Below, one piece after another: positions 38,207 to 49,643 of a stretch of DNA of 64,000 nucleotides. A program made the translations under genes and the position numbers. The notes under the pieces are model-generated. The model did not search any database. It was not told the origin of the DNA and was given only the letters and a program-made list of their open reading frames with translations. How positions within the stretch are numbered: position 1 is the first letter of the stretch; the number at the start of each line of letters is the position of its first letter. Location: assembly GCA_965223905.1 (NCBI GenBank), contig CBDCXV010000011.1, positions 1,856,001 to 1,920,000 of the forward strand, written 5' to 3'. Source of the stretch: Candidatus Latescibacterota bacterium (GTDB taxonomy: Bacteria > Latescibacterota > UBA2968 > UBA8231).

Positions 38207-38965
38207 CTACATCCCCTTGAGGCGGTCGCGGATGGCCGCGGCGCGCTCGAAGTCCTCGCGCTCGACCGCCTCCTGCAGGGCGCGCTTGAGCTTCTCTTCC
38301 TTGCTGAGCGGCTTTTTCTCCCGCAGCTCCTCTTCGAGCTCGTCGAGCGCCTGCAGCGAGCGTTCCTTCTCGGCGAAAAACTCCTCCGCCTCGACCTCGG
38401 GCAGGTCGTCGATCTCTTCGCGGGCACGCCCGACCAGGGCGATGGCTTCGTCGTAGTCGCCGTTGCGGGAGGCGAGCATCGCCTTGGCGGTCGCGTGGAT
38501 GCGCAGGACGTAGGGCCACCACTTCTGGAGGTTCATGCGGTCGTCTTCGTGCGAGGCGTAGCGGTGCACGAAGCGGAACAGCTCCATGTTGCGCTTCGTG
38601 TCCTTGATGACGCGGCCGTAGTCCTTGAGCTGCAGCAGGAAGACGTAGCGGCCGTACACCCGGGCCCCCTCGTCGAACAGCTCCTGGCAGCTTTCGCGGC
38701 CGAGGTTGAAGCCGTCGTCGCGCCCGGAGTTGCGGCTCCGGTAGCTCTCCAGGGCGCCGCGGTAGTGGTCGAGGGCGAAGTCGGAGTCGTGCGGCCGCTT
38801 GCCGTCGGGACGCCCGTCGAGATTCAGCTGCAGGATGCCCTGGAAGGCGCCCTGGTCGACCCGCACCTGGATCTTCTGAATGCCGTCGTCCCCGACAATC
38901 TTGCGGACGTTCGAGTCTGGATCGTACCCCCAGTTCTCCAACAGCTTGAGCAGATCCTTGTCCAT
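38207..38965 (-). CDS. Uncharacterised protein with C-terminal UvrB/UvrC (UVR) motif, paralog 2
   Basis: KIQVRVDQG, GRPDGKRPH and C-terminal AVEREDFERAAAIRDRL. Confidence 0.82.
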   Translation of the reverse strand: MDKDLLKLLENWGYDPDSNVRKIVGDDGIQKIQVRVDQGAFQGILQLNLDGRPDGKRPHDSDFALDHYRGALESYRSRNSGRDDGFNLGRESCQELFDEGARVYGRYVFLLQLKDYGRVIKDTKRNMELFRFVHRYASHEDDRMNLQKWWPYVLRIHATAKAMLASRNGDYDEAIALVGRAREEIDDLPEVEAEEFFAEKERSLQALDELEEELREKKPLSKEEKLKRALQEAVEREDFERAAAIRDRLKGM

Positions 38966-39011
38966 GGCATCACCTGCGAAATAGCAGCAGTCCTGGTCCG
39001 GCAACTGCCGT

Positions 39012-39040
39012 ACGATATCCCGGCGCCCGGCAAAAGTCAA
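39012..39040 (-). promoter_or_regulatory. Sigma70 promoter for UVR-motif paralog 2
   Basis: TTGACT-N17-TATCGT on the minus strand. Confidence 0.55.
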
Positions 39041-39060
39041 CCGACGCCCGGGGCGGCTCC

Positions 39061-39138
39061 TTGACCTCCTCCGGATGCGTCCGTACCCTGGGATATTACA
39101 TTTTTGTATCTTATTTTTTCGAATCGACGATTTTGTCG
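39061..39138 (+). promoter_or_regulatory. Promoter of the NifA-like gene with paired palindromic sites just downstream
   Basis: TTGACC-N17-TACCCT, then TTACA-TTTT-TGTAT (39096) and CGACG-ATTT-TGTCG (39125). Confidence 0.6.
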
Positions 39139-39183
39139 TCTCGTCAAAATCGCACCATCACCTCTACCAAAAGGTGGCCTGTC

Positions 39184-40725
<1,542 letters not shown>

Positions 40726-40853
40726 CTGACCCCCTGCCGGTACCGTGGAACCCGGTCGCCAGGGCATCCTGGACTGCATCTTCGATGCGGCAGGTGTTTG
40801 CCGGGAGGACCGGCGGTGCGGAGGCCGTAACATAGGGCGACCTTCGATATTTT

Positions 40854-40897
40854 CTACATTTATGTCGTGTAAAAATCCGATAACGACATGATTGTTT
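40854..40897. promoter_or_regulatory. Paired upstream activator sites for amtB
   Basis: CTACA-TTTA-TGTCG (40854) and CGACA-TGAT-TGTTT (40884), 30 bp apart, about 95-140 bp upstream of the -24 box. Confidence 0.65.
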
Positions 40898-40990
40898 CTT
40901 GATTCACACGACGTCCCCGCAGGGGTCCATCGAAGACAACCTGTTGTAAACACGCGACTTGCGCGTCCGGACCGGGAAGTTTTTCGCGCC

Positions 40991-41006
40991 TGGCATTCGG
41001 TTTGCA
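40991..41006 (+). promoter_or_regulatory. Sigma54 promoter of amtB-glnK
   Basis: TGGCAT-TCGGT-TTGCA. Confidence 0.8.
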
Positions 41007-41081
41007 TTCGGTAATGGCTGAAATCGGTTTCTCAATACCGATCGCACCACCCATTCCAAACCGCATCGAAAGGAGTCGGGA

Positions 41082-42488
41082 ATGCGGACCCTGCTCGTTC
41101 CCCTGGCCCTGGCCGCGGCGATGGCGCCGGCCGCTGCCGCTGCCGAAACCCCGGACATCGCCACTCAGCTCTCCGGACTCGCGTCCCAGATCGACTGGTA
41201 CTGGACCTGTGTAGCCGCCTTCCTCGTGTTCTTCATGCAGGCGGGATTCGCCCTCGTCGAGTCCGGGTTCACGCGCGCCAAGAACACCGTCAACATTCTG
41301 ATGAAGAACCTGATGGACTTCTCCGTCGGGGCCATCGCCTTCTGGGCCGTCGGTTTCGGGCTGATGTTCAGCGCCACCACCGGGCTCTTCGGCTGGGGGG
41401 AATTCTTTCCCAACCCGGACGTCAACGCCTTCGGTGAAGATCCGAACTGGATGTACTCCTTTCTGATCTTCCAGACCGTGTTCGCGGCGACCGCGGCGAC
41501 CATCGTTTCGGGCGCCATGGCGGAGCGCACCCGGTTCTCCTCCTATCTCATCTACAGCGTCGCCATCACCGGGATCATCTACCCGATCACCGGTTCCTGG
41601 GCCTGGGGCGGACTCTGGCACGGCGGCGGCTGGCTCGAGGGGCTTGGGTTCGTCGACTTCGCCGGCTCCACCGTCGTCCACAGCGTCGGCGGCTGGGCCG
41701 CCCTGGCCGGGGCCATCGTTCTCGGAGCGCGCAAGGGCAAGTTCAACCCCGACGGCAGCGCCAACGCCATCGTCGGCCACAGCATGCCTCTGGCCGCCAT
41801 GGGGGTGTTCATCCTCTGGCTCGGCTGGTTCGGCTTCAACGCCGGCTCGACCACCTCGATGGACGGCGGCAACTTCGCCCGCGTCGCCTTCGTCACCAAT
41901 CTCGCCGCGGCCGGCGGGGCCCTCGGCGCCATGATCACCAGCTGGATCCGCTTCGGCAAGCCCGACGTGTCGATGGCCCTCAACGGCGCCCTGGCCGGTC
42001 TCGTCGGCATCACCGCCGGCTGCTACACGATGACCCCGATCGGGGGGCTGCTGACCGGTTTCCTCGCGGGAATCCTCGTGGTCTTCTCCGTCCTCTTTTT
42101 CGACAGGATCAAGGTCGACGATCCGGTGGGCGCCATCTCCGTGCACGGGGTATGCGGCGCCTGGGGCACCTTCGCCTGCGCCATTCCCCTCCTCTGCCGG
42201 CCCGGCGAGGCCGCCAGCGTCGCCACCCAGCTGACCGGTATCGGCGCCATCTTCCTCTTCACCTTCGCCGCCTCCCTCGCCCTGTTCTCGACGATCAAGG
42301 CGACCGTCGGCCTCAGGGTCTCTCCAGAGGACGAGGAGGAGGGCCTCGACCTCGTCGAGCACGGCATGAGCGCCTACCACGATCAGTCGCTCGACTCCCT
42401 GATAAAGGCGGCCGGAGCCGCCGAGGGCGGCAGGATCGTCATCGAGCCGGCACCGCGGGGTTCCGGCGTCAACCCAGAAACCACCTGA
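41082..42488 (+). CDS. amtB: Ammonium transporter
   Basis: FFMQAGFALVE, DFAGSTVVH, WFGFNAGS and DDPVGAISVHG motifs. Confidence 0.97.
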   Translation: MRTLLVPLALAAAMAPAAAAAETPDIATQLSGLASQIDWYWTCVAAFLVFFMQAGFALVESGFTRAKNTVNILMKNLMDFSVGAIAFWAVGFGLMFSATTGLFGWGEFFPNPDVNAFGEDPNWMYSFLIFQTVFAATAATIVSGAMAERTRFSSYLIYSVAITGIIYPITGSWAWGGLWHGGGWLEGLGFVDFAGSTVVHSVGGWAALAGAIVLGARKGKFNPDGSANAIVGHSMPLAAMGVFILWLGWFGFNAGSTTSMDGGNFARVAFVTNLAAAGGALGAMITSWIRFGKPDVSMALNGALAGLVGITAGCYTMTPIGGLLTGFLAGILVVFSVLFFDRIKVDDPVGAISVHGVCGAWGTFACAIPLLCRPGEAASVATQLTGIGAIFLFTFAASLALFSTIKATVGLRVSPEDEEEGLDLVEHGMSAYHDQSLDSLIKAAGAAEGGRIVIEPAPRGSGVNPETT

Positions 42489-42518
42489 AGGCCGCGGCGC
42501 CCGAAGGGAGGAGAGAGC

Positions 42519-42857
42519 ATGTACAAGATCGAAGCGTTCTTGCGTCCCAACGCCCTGGAGAAGGTCCAGGAGGGGCTCGCCGGAATCGGTATCGCGGGGA
42601 TGTCGGTGCTGGAGGTGCGGGGATTCGGCCGCCAGCGCGGCCACCGCGAGATCTACCGGGGAGCCGAGTACGCCGTCGACTTCGTCCCCAAGATCAAGAT
42701 CGAGATCGTGGTCAGGGAGAACGAGCGCGACCAGGCGGTGTCGAAGATCGCCGAGGCCGCCCAGACCGGAAACGTCGGCGACGGCAAGGTGTTCGTCGTG
42801 CCGGTCGACCAGGCCGTGCGCATCCGCACCGGGGAAACCGGGGACAGCGCCCTGTAG
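42519..42857 (+). CDS. glnK: P-II nitrogen regulatory protein
   Basis: GFGRQRG, YRGAEY T-loop, TGNVGDGKVFV and IRTGE motifs; linked to amtB. Confidence 0.93.
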   Translation: MYKIEAFLRPNALEKVQEGLAGIGIAGMSVLEVRGFGRQRGHREIYRGAEYAVDFVPKIKIEIVVRENERDQAVSKIAEAAQTGNVGDGKVFVVPVDQAVRIRTGETGDSAL

Positions 42858-42879
42858 GTCGCGACCAGGAGCCGGAGAC

Positions 42880-42960
42880 CGCCGCCGCCGCCCGCCAGAA
42901 ATCCACCTCCCGTGGGTACTCAAGGGTGCAGTACCAGGGTGGCGGCGGCGCTCTTTTTTT
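42880..42960 (+). terminator. Branched terminator / structured 3' element after glnK
   Basis: 14-bp closing stem (42880-42893 with 42937-42950) enclosing two small hairpins, followed by a T-run. Confidence 0.6.
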
Positions 42961-43061
42961 GAAGCTCCTGTCTATAAACGGATTTAAACCTTTTCATTAA
43001 GCACCAATCCCTTGAGCCCGGCACCCTGCACGGGGTGTCATACACCAACAGGAGGAGAAAG

Positions 43062-43712
43062 ATGGCAAGGAGAATTCTCACAGCAGTCTTTGCAACGGCG
43101 CTGGCCGCGGCCGTTACCGCGCCGGCGCACGCCGAGTTCGGAGTCGGGGCCGACGCGGCGACGCGCTACATCTGGCGCGGCCTCAGCCTCGACGACAGCT
43201 TCGTCATACAGCCGTACCTGTCGTACGCGACCGAGGCCGGCATCGAGATCGGGGCCTGGTCGTCCTGGTCGCTGACCTCGAGCGGCGCCAACGAGAACGA
43301 CCTGTACGTCAGCTACTCGACGGGGCCGGTCTCGATCGCCCTGACCGACTACTACTTTCCCAACGGGGAGGGAACGGAGTTCTTCACCTACGACGATGAC
43401 GCCGCGATACATCAGCTCGAAGCGATGGTCTCCTTCGCCAGCGGACCGCTGAGCGTGACCGGAGCCCTGATCTTCCTCGGGGCCGCGGGCTCGACCCCGG
43501 TCTACGCCGAGGTCGGCTACGAGTTCATGTCCGGCGACGACGTCTCCGCCGGACTGTTCGCGGGGCTGGGCTCCGAGTCGTACTACACCAGCTCCGGAGA
43601 TCTGGCGCTGATCAACGTCGGTATCGGCGTCTCGATGGGGGACTACTCCGCCCAGTACATCCTGAACCCCGATACCGAGCAGTCGTACCTGGTGTTGATG
43701 AAGGGCCTGTAG
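43062..43712 (+). CDS. Putative outer-membrane beta-barrel protein (TorF-like porin)
   Basis: Signal peptide, TRYIWRG, IQP, ENDLYVSY and alternating aromatic beta-strands; amtB/glnK context. Confidence 0.7.
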   Translation: MARRILTAVFATALAAAVTAPAHAEFGVGADAATRYIWRGLSLDDSFVIQPYLSYATEAGIEIGAWSSWSLTSSGANENDLYVSYSTGPVSIALTDYYFPNGEGTEFFTYDDDAAIHQLEAMVSFASGPLSVTGALIFLGAAGSTPVYAEVGYEFMSGDDVSAGLFAGLGSESYYTSSGDLALINVGIGVSMGDYSAQYILNPDTEQSYLVLMKGL

Positions 43713-43823
43713 GGCGGCAGCGGACAGGCCGCGCGACCGCCCGCAACGGCGGTGTCCAGGGAAGCCCCGGGGGCCGGTTGCCCCGGGGCTTCTCGCAATG
43801 AGGCGCATTCCGGAATCGGCTGT

Positions 43824-43860
43824 TGCGCCCGTTTGATGCAGGTCTGACGCCCCCTATATT
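43824..43860 (+). promoter_or_regulatory. NtrC-like box overlapping a putative sigma70 -35 upstream of glnA
   Basis: TGCGCCC-GTT-TGATGCA resembles TGCACCA-N3-TGGTGCA and overlaps TTGATG-N16-TATATT. Confidence 0.4.
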
Positions 43861-43944
43861 CACGGGCTGTTTTTTAACCGGCCGGATTCGCGATTCCAGC
43901 ACTGCGGACTGCTCACGCACCCTATACTCCACGGAGGAACACCA

Positions 43945-45441
43945 ATGGCAAAAGCCAAACCGAAAACCAAAGCTTCACCGAAGGCGAAAGCTTCACCGAA
44001 GGCGAAAGCCAAGGCGGCACCTGCCGCCACCGCTAGGTCGGTCGTCGCCAACGCCAAGGCGCAGGGCGTGCAGATGGTCGACTTCAAGTTCGTCGACTTC
44101 CCCGGCACCTGGCAGCACTTCTCGATTCCCGCCTCGACGCTGGAAGAGGATATGTTCAGCGAGGGCCTCGGATTCGATGGTTCCAGCATTCGCGGCTGGA
44201 AGTCGATCGACGAGAGCGACATGCTCGTCATGCCCGATCCGACCACCGCCTTCCGCGACCCCTTCTGCGAGGTCCCGACCCTGTCGATCATCTGCGACAT
44301 CGTCGACCCGATCACGCGCGAGGACTACGGCCGCGACCCCCGCAACGTCGCCAAGCGGGCCGAGGCCTTCCTGAAGTCCACCGGCCTCGCCGACACCGCG
44401 TACTTCGGGCCGGAAGCGGAGTTCTTCATCTTCGACAGCATCCAGTACGACCAGAACGCGCACTCCTCCTACCACTTCATCGACTCCGTCGAGGGGCGCT
44501 GGAACTCCGGCGCCGACGAGCAGCCGAACCTCGGGTACAAGCCGCCTTACAAGGGCGGATACTTCCCGGTACCCCCGCACGACACGCAGCAGGACCTGCG
44601 CTCGGAGATGGTGCTGACGATGATGGAGGCCGGCGTCGACGTCGAGGTCCACCACCACGAGGTCGGCACCGCCGGGCAGGGTGAGATCGACATCCGCTTC
44701 TGCCCGCTGGTCAGCTGCGGCGACCAGATGATGATCTACAAGTACGTCATCAAGAACGTCGCAAAAAAGCACGGCAAGACGGCGACCTTCATGCCCAAGC
44801 CGCTGTTCGAGGACAACGGCACCGGCATGCACACCCACCAGAGCCTGTGGAAGGGGGGCCGGCCGCTGTTCGCCGGCAACGGCTACGCCGGCCTCAGCGA
44901 GATGGCCCTGCACTACATCGGCGGCCTGCTCAAACACGCCCGCTCCATCCTCGCCTTCACCAACCCGACCACCAACTCGTACCGCCGCCTGGTTCCCGGG
45001 TACGAAGCGCCGGTGAACCTCGCCTACTCGCAGCGCAACCGCAGCGCCGCCTGCCGCATCCCGATGTACTCGGCCAGCCCCAAGGCCAAGCGGGTCGAGT
45101 TCCGCTGCCCGGATCCCAGCTGCAACCTGTACCTGGGGATGTCCGCCATGCTGATGGCCGGCCTCGACGGGGTGCTCAACAAGATCGACCCGGGCGACCC
45201 GATGGACACCGACATCTACGAGCTGTCGGCCGAGGAGCGCGCCTCGGTTCCGCTGACGCCGGCGTCGCTCGACGCGGCCATGGACGCCCTCGAGGCGGAT
45301 CACGACTACCTGCTCAAGGGAGACGTGTTCACCGAGGACGTGATCCAGGCCTGGATCGACTACAAGCGCGAAGAGGAGATCGACGCCATACGGCTGCGCC
45401 CGCACCCGTACGAGTTCGCCCTCTACTACGACATGGTGTAG
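43945..45441 (+). CDS. glnA: Glutamine synthetase type I
   Basis: FDGSSI, HHEV, TFMPKP, GMHTHQS and NRSAACRIP motifs; adenylylation-site-like DIYEL. Confidence 0.97.
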   Translation: MAKAKPKTKASPKAKASPKAKAKAAPAATARSVVANAKAQGVQMVDFKFVDFPGTWQHFSIPASTLEEDMFSEGLGFDGSSIRGWKSIDESDMLVMPDPTTAFRDPFCEVPTLSIICDIVDPITREDYGRDPRNVAKRAEAFLKSTGLADTAYFGPEAEFFIFDSIQYDQNAHSSYHFIDSVEGRWNSGADEQPNLGYKPPYKGGYFPVPPHDTQQDLRSEMVLTMMEAGVDVEVHHHEVGTAGQGEIDIRFCPLVSCGDQMMIYKYVIKNVAKKHGKTATFMPKPLFEDNGTGMHTHQSLWKGGRPLFAGNGYAGLSEMALHYIGGLLKHARSILAFTNPTTNSYRRLVPGYEAPVNLAYSQRNRSAACRIPMYSASPKAKRVEFRCPDPSCNLYLGMSAMLMAGLDGVLNKIDPGDPMDTDIYELSAEERASVPLTPASLDAAMDALEADHDYLLKGDVFTEDVIQAWIDYKREEEIDAIRLRPHPYEFALYYDMV

Positions 45442-45498
45442 GTCTGCAAGGCGACTCTGCGGCCGGCGTCGAAGCAGGGCGCCGTCCACCTGGAAAGA

Positions 45499-45534
45499 AG
45501 GCAGGCCGTCCCGGCGACGGCCTGCCTCTTTTTT
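45499..45534 (+). terminator. Intrinsic terminator after glnA
   Basis: AGGCAGGCCGTC/GACGGCCTGCCT 12-bp stem with a T-run. Confidence 0.85.
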
Positions 45535-46627
45535 GCCTTGCCCGGGAGCCTCGTGCCGTGACCCCCGAACCCGGACCCCCTGCCGAGCGCCGCATTCCCT
45601 CGTGGCCGTGGAGCGCTGCGGCGGCGTCTCGAGACTGACCCGCTGCCGCTCCGTCGCCCCGCTCGAGCTGCTCAACCCGCGCGCCGCGGAAGGGTACTGC
45701 CCGGTGATCCTCTCCTCCTGCGGCGGCGGCCTGGTCGAGGGGGATGCCGTCGACCTCGAGGTGCGCTGCGGACCGCGGGCCGCCCTGTTCCTCGGCACCC
45801 AGGCCCTGGGCAAGGTGTACAGGTGCCCGGCGGGCAGCGGCTGCCGCCAGGAGCTGCGCGGCGCCGTCGCCGACGGCGCAACCGCGGTGGTCATGCCGGA
45901 TCCGGTGGTGCCATTCGCCGGCAGCATCTACCGCCAGCGCCAGCATTGGAGCCTGCAGGGGGACGCCGTGCTCCTGCTCGTGGACGGCCACACCGCCGGC
46001 AGGGTCCTGCGCGGCGAGCGCTTCGCCTACCGCGAGTACCGCTCGGACATCGACATCCTCGTCGACGGCAGCACCATCCTCCTGGAGCGCTATTGCTCGC
46101 GGCCCGACGAGCTGCCCCCCGACTCGGCCGGGGCCTTCGGCCGCGGCACCGCCCTCCTCAACGCCTGCGCCGTCGGCGGCGCCGACAGCCGCCGTTTCCG
46201 CTCCCTGACAGAACGGCTGGAAGAGAGCATCCCCCCTGCCGTTGCGGCCGGCCCCGCGGCGTCGAGGGAGGCCGGCTGTCTCGTAGCCCACTCGCGGCCG
46301 CGCGGGGAGGTCTGGGTGCTGCGGGCCCTGGCGGACCGGTGCGAATCCCTCGATCCCCTGCGCCGGCTCCTCGGGGAAGCGGCCGGCATCCTGCTCGGAG
46401 GCAACCCGGTCGAAAGGCTGCTCGGCCGGCCCCCCTCCTGCCTTGAACGACAATTATGTCCTTACGAGAATTTCCGGCTACAAAAATGTCGATCCACTTC
46501 ACCGACTGCCGTCCCCCCCGGTAGACTCGAGCCTCCGCCGAAAAAACCACCTCGGTTCCAACCCTATCCCCGACAAACAGTTGCGCCGGTTGCTCCTACC
46601 GCTTCCGGGAGCGGGTCCGCGGTCTGA
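45533..46627 (+). CDS. ureD: Urease accessory protein UreD (both ends uncertain)
   Basis: GGGLVEGD, TQALGKVY, PDPVVPFAGSIYRQ and TAGR...GERF motifs. The ORF runs into the next regulatory region, suggesting a 3' frameshift near 46430. Confidence 0.8.
   Translation: MPCPGASCRDPRTRTPCRAPHSLVAVERCGGVSRLTRCRSVAPLELLNPRAAEGYCPVILSSCGGGLVEGDAVDLEVRCGPRAALFLGTQALGKVYRCPAGSGCRQELRGAVADGATAVVMPDPVVPFAGSIYRQRQHWSLQGDAVLLLVDGHTAGRVLRGERFAYREYRSDIDILVDGSTILLERYCSRPDELPPDSAGAFGRGTALLNACAVGGADSRRFRSLTERLEESIPPAVAAGPAASREAGCLVAHSRPRGEVWVLRALADRCESLDPLRRLLGEAAGILLGGNPVERLLGRPPSCLERQLCPYENFRLQKCRSTSPTAVPPGRLEPPPKKPPRFQPYPRQTVAPVAPTASGSGSAV
46448..46491. promoter_or_regulatory. Paired upstream activator sites for the ABC/guanidinase/urease operon
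   Basis: CGACA-ATTA-TGTCC (46448) and CTACA-AAAA-TGTCG (46478), 30 bp apart. Confidence 0.65.
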
Positions 46628-46703
46628 CCCCTGATTTGCAAGCGGTGCCGCGTCCCAACGACACGCCTGTTCCGCGCTGCGGATTCAACCCAAGGAGGAT
46701 TTC

Positions 46704-47708
46704 ATGGCACGCACCCGGCTCTGGCGGACGGCCCTGCTGACCGCCGGCTTCATCGTCACCACGGCCGCCACCGGCCTCGACGCCAAGCTCAAGATCGGCT
46801 ACAGCGACTGGCCCGGCTGGGTCGCCTGGGAAATCGGCATTCAGAAGGGCTGGTTCGCCGAAGCGGGGGTCGACGCGGAGTTCATCTGGTTCGAGTACGT
46901 CCCTTCGATGGACGCCTTCGCCGCCGGCCAGGTCGACGCGGTGGCGATGACCAACGGGGACGCCATGGTCATCGGCTCGGCCGGCAAGGCCTGCAAGGGA
47001 ATCATCCTCAACGACTACAGCAACGGCAACGACATGGTCGTTGCGCGGCCGGGGATCGGCGCGGTTGCGGAGCTGAAGGGGATGAAGGTCGGCGTCGAGC
47101 TCGGCTTCGTCTCCCACCTGCTGCTGCTGACGGCGCTCGAAGCCAACGGCATGCAGGAAAGCGACGTCGAGCTGAAGAACATGCCGACCCACGAGACCCC
47201 GCAGGCGCTCGCCTCCAAGGGGGTCGACGCCATCGTCGCCTGGCAGCCCAACTCGGGGCAGGCCCTCAACCTGGTCGCCGGCTCGAAGCCGGTCTTCACC
47301 AGCGCCAACGCCCCGGGCATCATCTACGACCTGCTCTACGTCAGCAGCGAGAGCCTGGCGGCAAACCGCGGCGACTGGAAGAAGGTGGCCGGGGTCTGGT
47401 ACCGGATCGTCGACTACCTCGCCGACGAGTCGAACCGCGAGGAAGCCCTGGGGATCATGAGCGCCCGGGTCGGCCTCACCCCGGAGCAGTACGCCCCCTT
47501 CACCGAGGGAACCTACATCCTCTCCCTCGAAGAGTCGGTCGAACGCTTCGCCAAGGCGGAGGGCCTCGGCTCGGTCTACGGATCGAGCGAGGTCGCCGAC
47601 CGCTTCAACCTCGCCAACAAGGTGTACGACAAGGCGCAGGCCGTCGACTCCTATCTCGACCCCTCGCTGGTCATGGAGTACGCCGGAAAACTGGCGAAGA
47701 AGGAGTAA
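46704..47708 (+). CDS. NitT/TauT-family ABC substrate-binding protein (guanidine/urea-type)
   Basis: Signal peptide, [14 protein letters not shown] and [10 protein letters not shown] motifs; strong AAGGAGG RBS. Confidence 0.85.
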   Translation: MARTRLWRTALLTAGFIVTTAATGLDAKLKIGYSDWPGWVAWEIGIQKGWFAEAGVDAEFIWFEYVPSMDAFAAGQVDAVAMTNGDAMVIGSAGKACKGIILNDYSNGNDMVVARPGIGAVAELKGMKVGVELGFVSHLLLLTALEANGMQESDVELKNMPTHETPQALASKGVDAIVAWQPNSGQALNLVAGSKPVFTSANAPGIIYDLLYVSSESLAANRGDWKKVAGVWYRIVDYLADESNREEALGIMSARVGLTPEQYAPFTEGTYILSLEESVERFAKAEGLGSVYGSSEVADRFNLANKVYDKAQAVDSYLDPSLVMEYAGKLAKKE

Positions 47709-47764
47709 GGCGCCTGACAACCCGGTAGCCGCCGCACGAACCACCAACCCAGGAGGAACCGAAG

Positions 47765-48936
47765 TTGCCGTTCTACCAGAACCACGCCCCGGGATTGCGC
47801 GGCCACGAGCGCCCCGTCCCCGACCTCTCCCACCTGCGGGGGTGGAAGGCCCAGGACGCCGAGGCCGGGCTCGGCGACGAGCAGTGGGCGCGCCGAGGCG
47901 GCGAGGGGGCTCGAGCTCGGCCTCGAGGCGGCCGCCTCGATCGAGGACCGCGAGGAGATCAGCTGCTTCCAGCGCGGCGAGCTGCCCCACTGGTCGGGGA
48001 TCAACACCTTCCTCAAGTGCCCGTTCCTCGAGGACGTTCCCCGCGTCGGCGAGTACGACGTCGCCTTCCTCGGCGCCCCCTTCGACATCGGCACCACCTA
48101 CCGCTCCGGGACCCGCTTCGGGCCCCAGGGCATGCGGCGCATATCCTCCCTCTACACGCCGTACAACTTCGAGATGGGGATCGACCTGAGGGAGTCGCTG
48201 AAGATGTGCGACCTCGGGGACGTCTTCTGCCCCGCCAACATCACCAAGAGCCACGACCAGATCGCCAAGGCGGTCGCCCATGATCATCGGCAGCGACACC
48301 CTGCCGATGATCATGGGAGGGGACCACTCGATCGGCTACCCCTGCGCCCGCGGGGTCGCCGAGTGCGTCGAGGGCAACATCGGCATCATCCACCTCGACC
48401 GGCACGTCGACACCCAGGAGCGGGACATGGACGAGATCATGCACACCTGCCCCTGGTTCCACGCCACCAGCATCCCCAACTGCCCGCCCGCCAACCTCGT
48501 GCAGCTGGGGATCGGCGGCTGGCAGGTGCCGCGCGCCGGGGTGCGCCACGGCCGCTCGATGCGCTCGACGGTGCTGACCATCGACGACATCGAGACCCTC
48601 GGGATCGACAAGACCCTGGAGATCGCACTCGAGGTCGCCTGGAAGGGGGCCAGCGCCGTGTACCTCTCCTTCGACATCGACTCCGTCGACGCCGGGTACG
48701 TGCCCGGCACCGGCTGGCCCGAACCGGGCGGGTTCCTGCCGCGGGAGGCGCTGGCGCTGCTGCGCGGCATCGCCGCCGAGGGGATCGCCGCCATGGAGGT
48801 GGTCGAGGTCGCTCCCCCCTACGACGTCTCCGACATCACCGCCCTGCTCGGGGTGCGCGCCATGATGGACGTGCTGGCGGCGATGGTGGGCAACGGCCGC
48901 ATAGGCGGCAAGCTCGCGGCAGGGGCAAAGGGATGA
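47765..48936 (+). pseudogene. gdmH: GdmH-like guanidine hydrolase (ureohydrolase family), split by two +1 frameshifts
   Basis: Joined frames give GLEAAASI...RGELPHWSGINTFLK, GTRFGPQG.RRIS.LYTPYNFEMG, GGDHS, DRHVDTQE..MHTCPWFHAT, GIGGWQVP and SFDIDS...PGTGWPEPGG, matching my recollection of Synechocystis Sll1077. Shifts near 47893 and 48281. Confidence 0.8.
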
Positions 48937-49643
48937 GCGAGGCCGCGGCAGCACCCCCCGCCCCCGCGCCGCAGGAGTCCACCGCGGCCGGTCCGGCCTT
49001 CGTCATCGCCGGGGACGCGGGCACCGCGGGCGACCGCGGTCTCACCGGAACGGTGGCGGCCGGCGCCTCCAAGGCGCTCGGCTTCGACGCCCCCCTGTTC
49101 GGCGCGGCGATGGCCGAGGCGGGACCTTTCGGCGCCGGCCCCGGGGACTGCGGCCTCGACCCGGTGCTGGAGCGCTGTATCGAACAGGGACACGACGAGC
49201 TCTTCCTGCTGCCGTTCACCTCGGGGTTCGACCTCTTCCGCAGGCAGGCGTTCGCCGAGAGCATCGCCCGCGCCCGCAGGCGCTCCGGAAACGCCCGCAT
49301 CTTCTGCGACGAGCCCGACCTGTGCGAGCCGCTGCCGGTGCGGGCCTTCGCCGACTCCGCCCTGGCGGCGCTGGACCGGGCCGGGGTGCCTCCAGGCGAG
49401 GCGCACCTCGTCGTCGTCTCCGGCGGCCAGGGGGACGCCGCGGACCGCGCCCGCGTCTACCGCCTCATGCGCCTGATCTGGGAGGAGGTGGGAGCGAAGA
49501 AGGGGGACGCAGCCTTCCTGTACTGCGATACTCCCCGGCTGGAGGCCGCCCTCGAGGAAGGGGAAGGGCCCCGCCTGCTGGTTCCCCGTCATCGTCGCCG
49601 AGGCCGGGGCGCGCAAGCTGTTCCTGCGACGGGTGCGGGCTAG
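48933..49643 (+). CDS. CbiX/SirB-like chelatase-fold protein, probably frameshifted and continuing to ~49977
   Basis: ATG overlaps the gdmH stop. Segments [18 protein letters not shown]...[11 protein letters not shown] and AAFL...PRLEAAL resemble the CbiX fold. Confidence 0.45.
   Translation: MSEAAAAPPAPAPQESTAAGPAFVIAGDAGTAGDRGLTGTVAAGASKALGFDAPLFGAAMAEAGPFGAGPGDCGLDPVLERCIEQGHDELFLLPFTSGFDLFRRQAFAESIARARRRSGNARIFCDEPDLCEPLPVRAFADSALAALDRAGVPPGEAHLVVVSGGQGDAADRARVYRLMRLIWEEVGAKKGDAAFLYCDTPRLEAALEEGEGPRLLVPRHRRRGRGAQAVPATGAG

Noticed and set aside
46500-46703. Guanidine riboswitch upstream of the SBP gene
   Set aside because: I could not recognise guanidine-I, II or III consensus elements by eye; a covariance-model search is needed to be certain.
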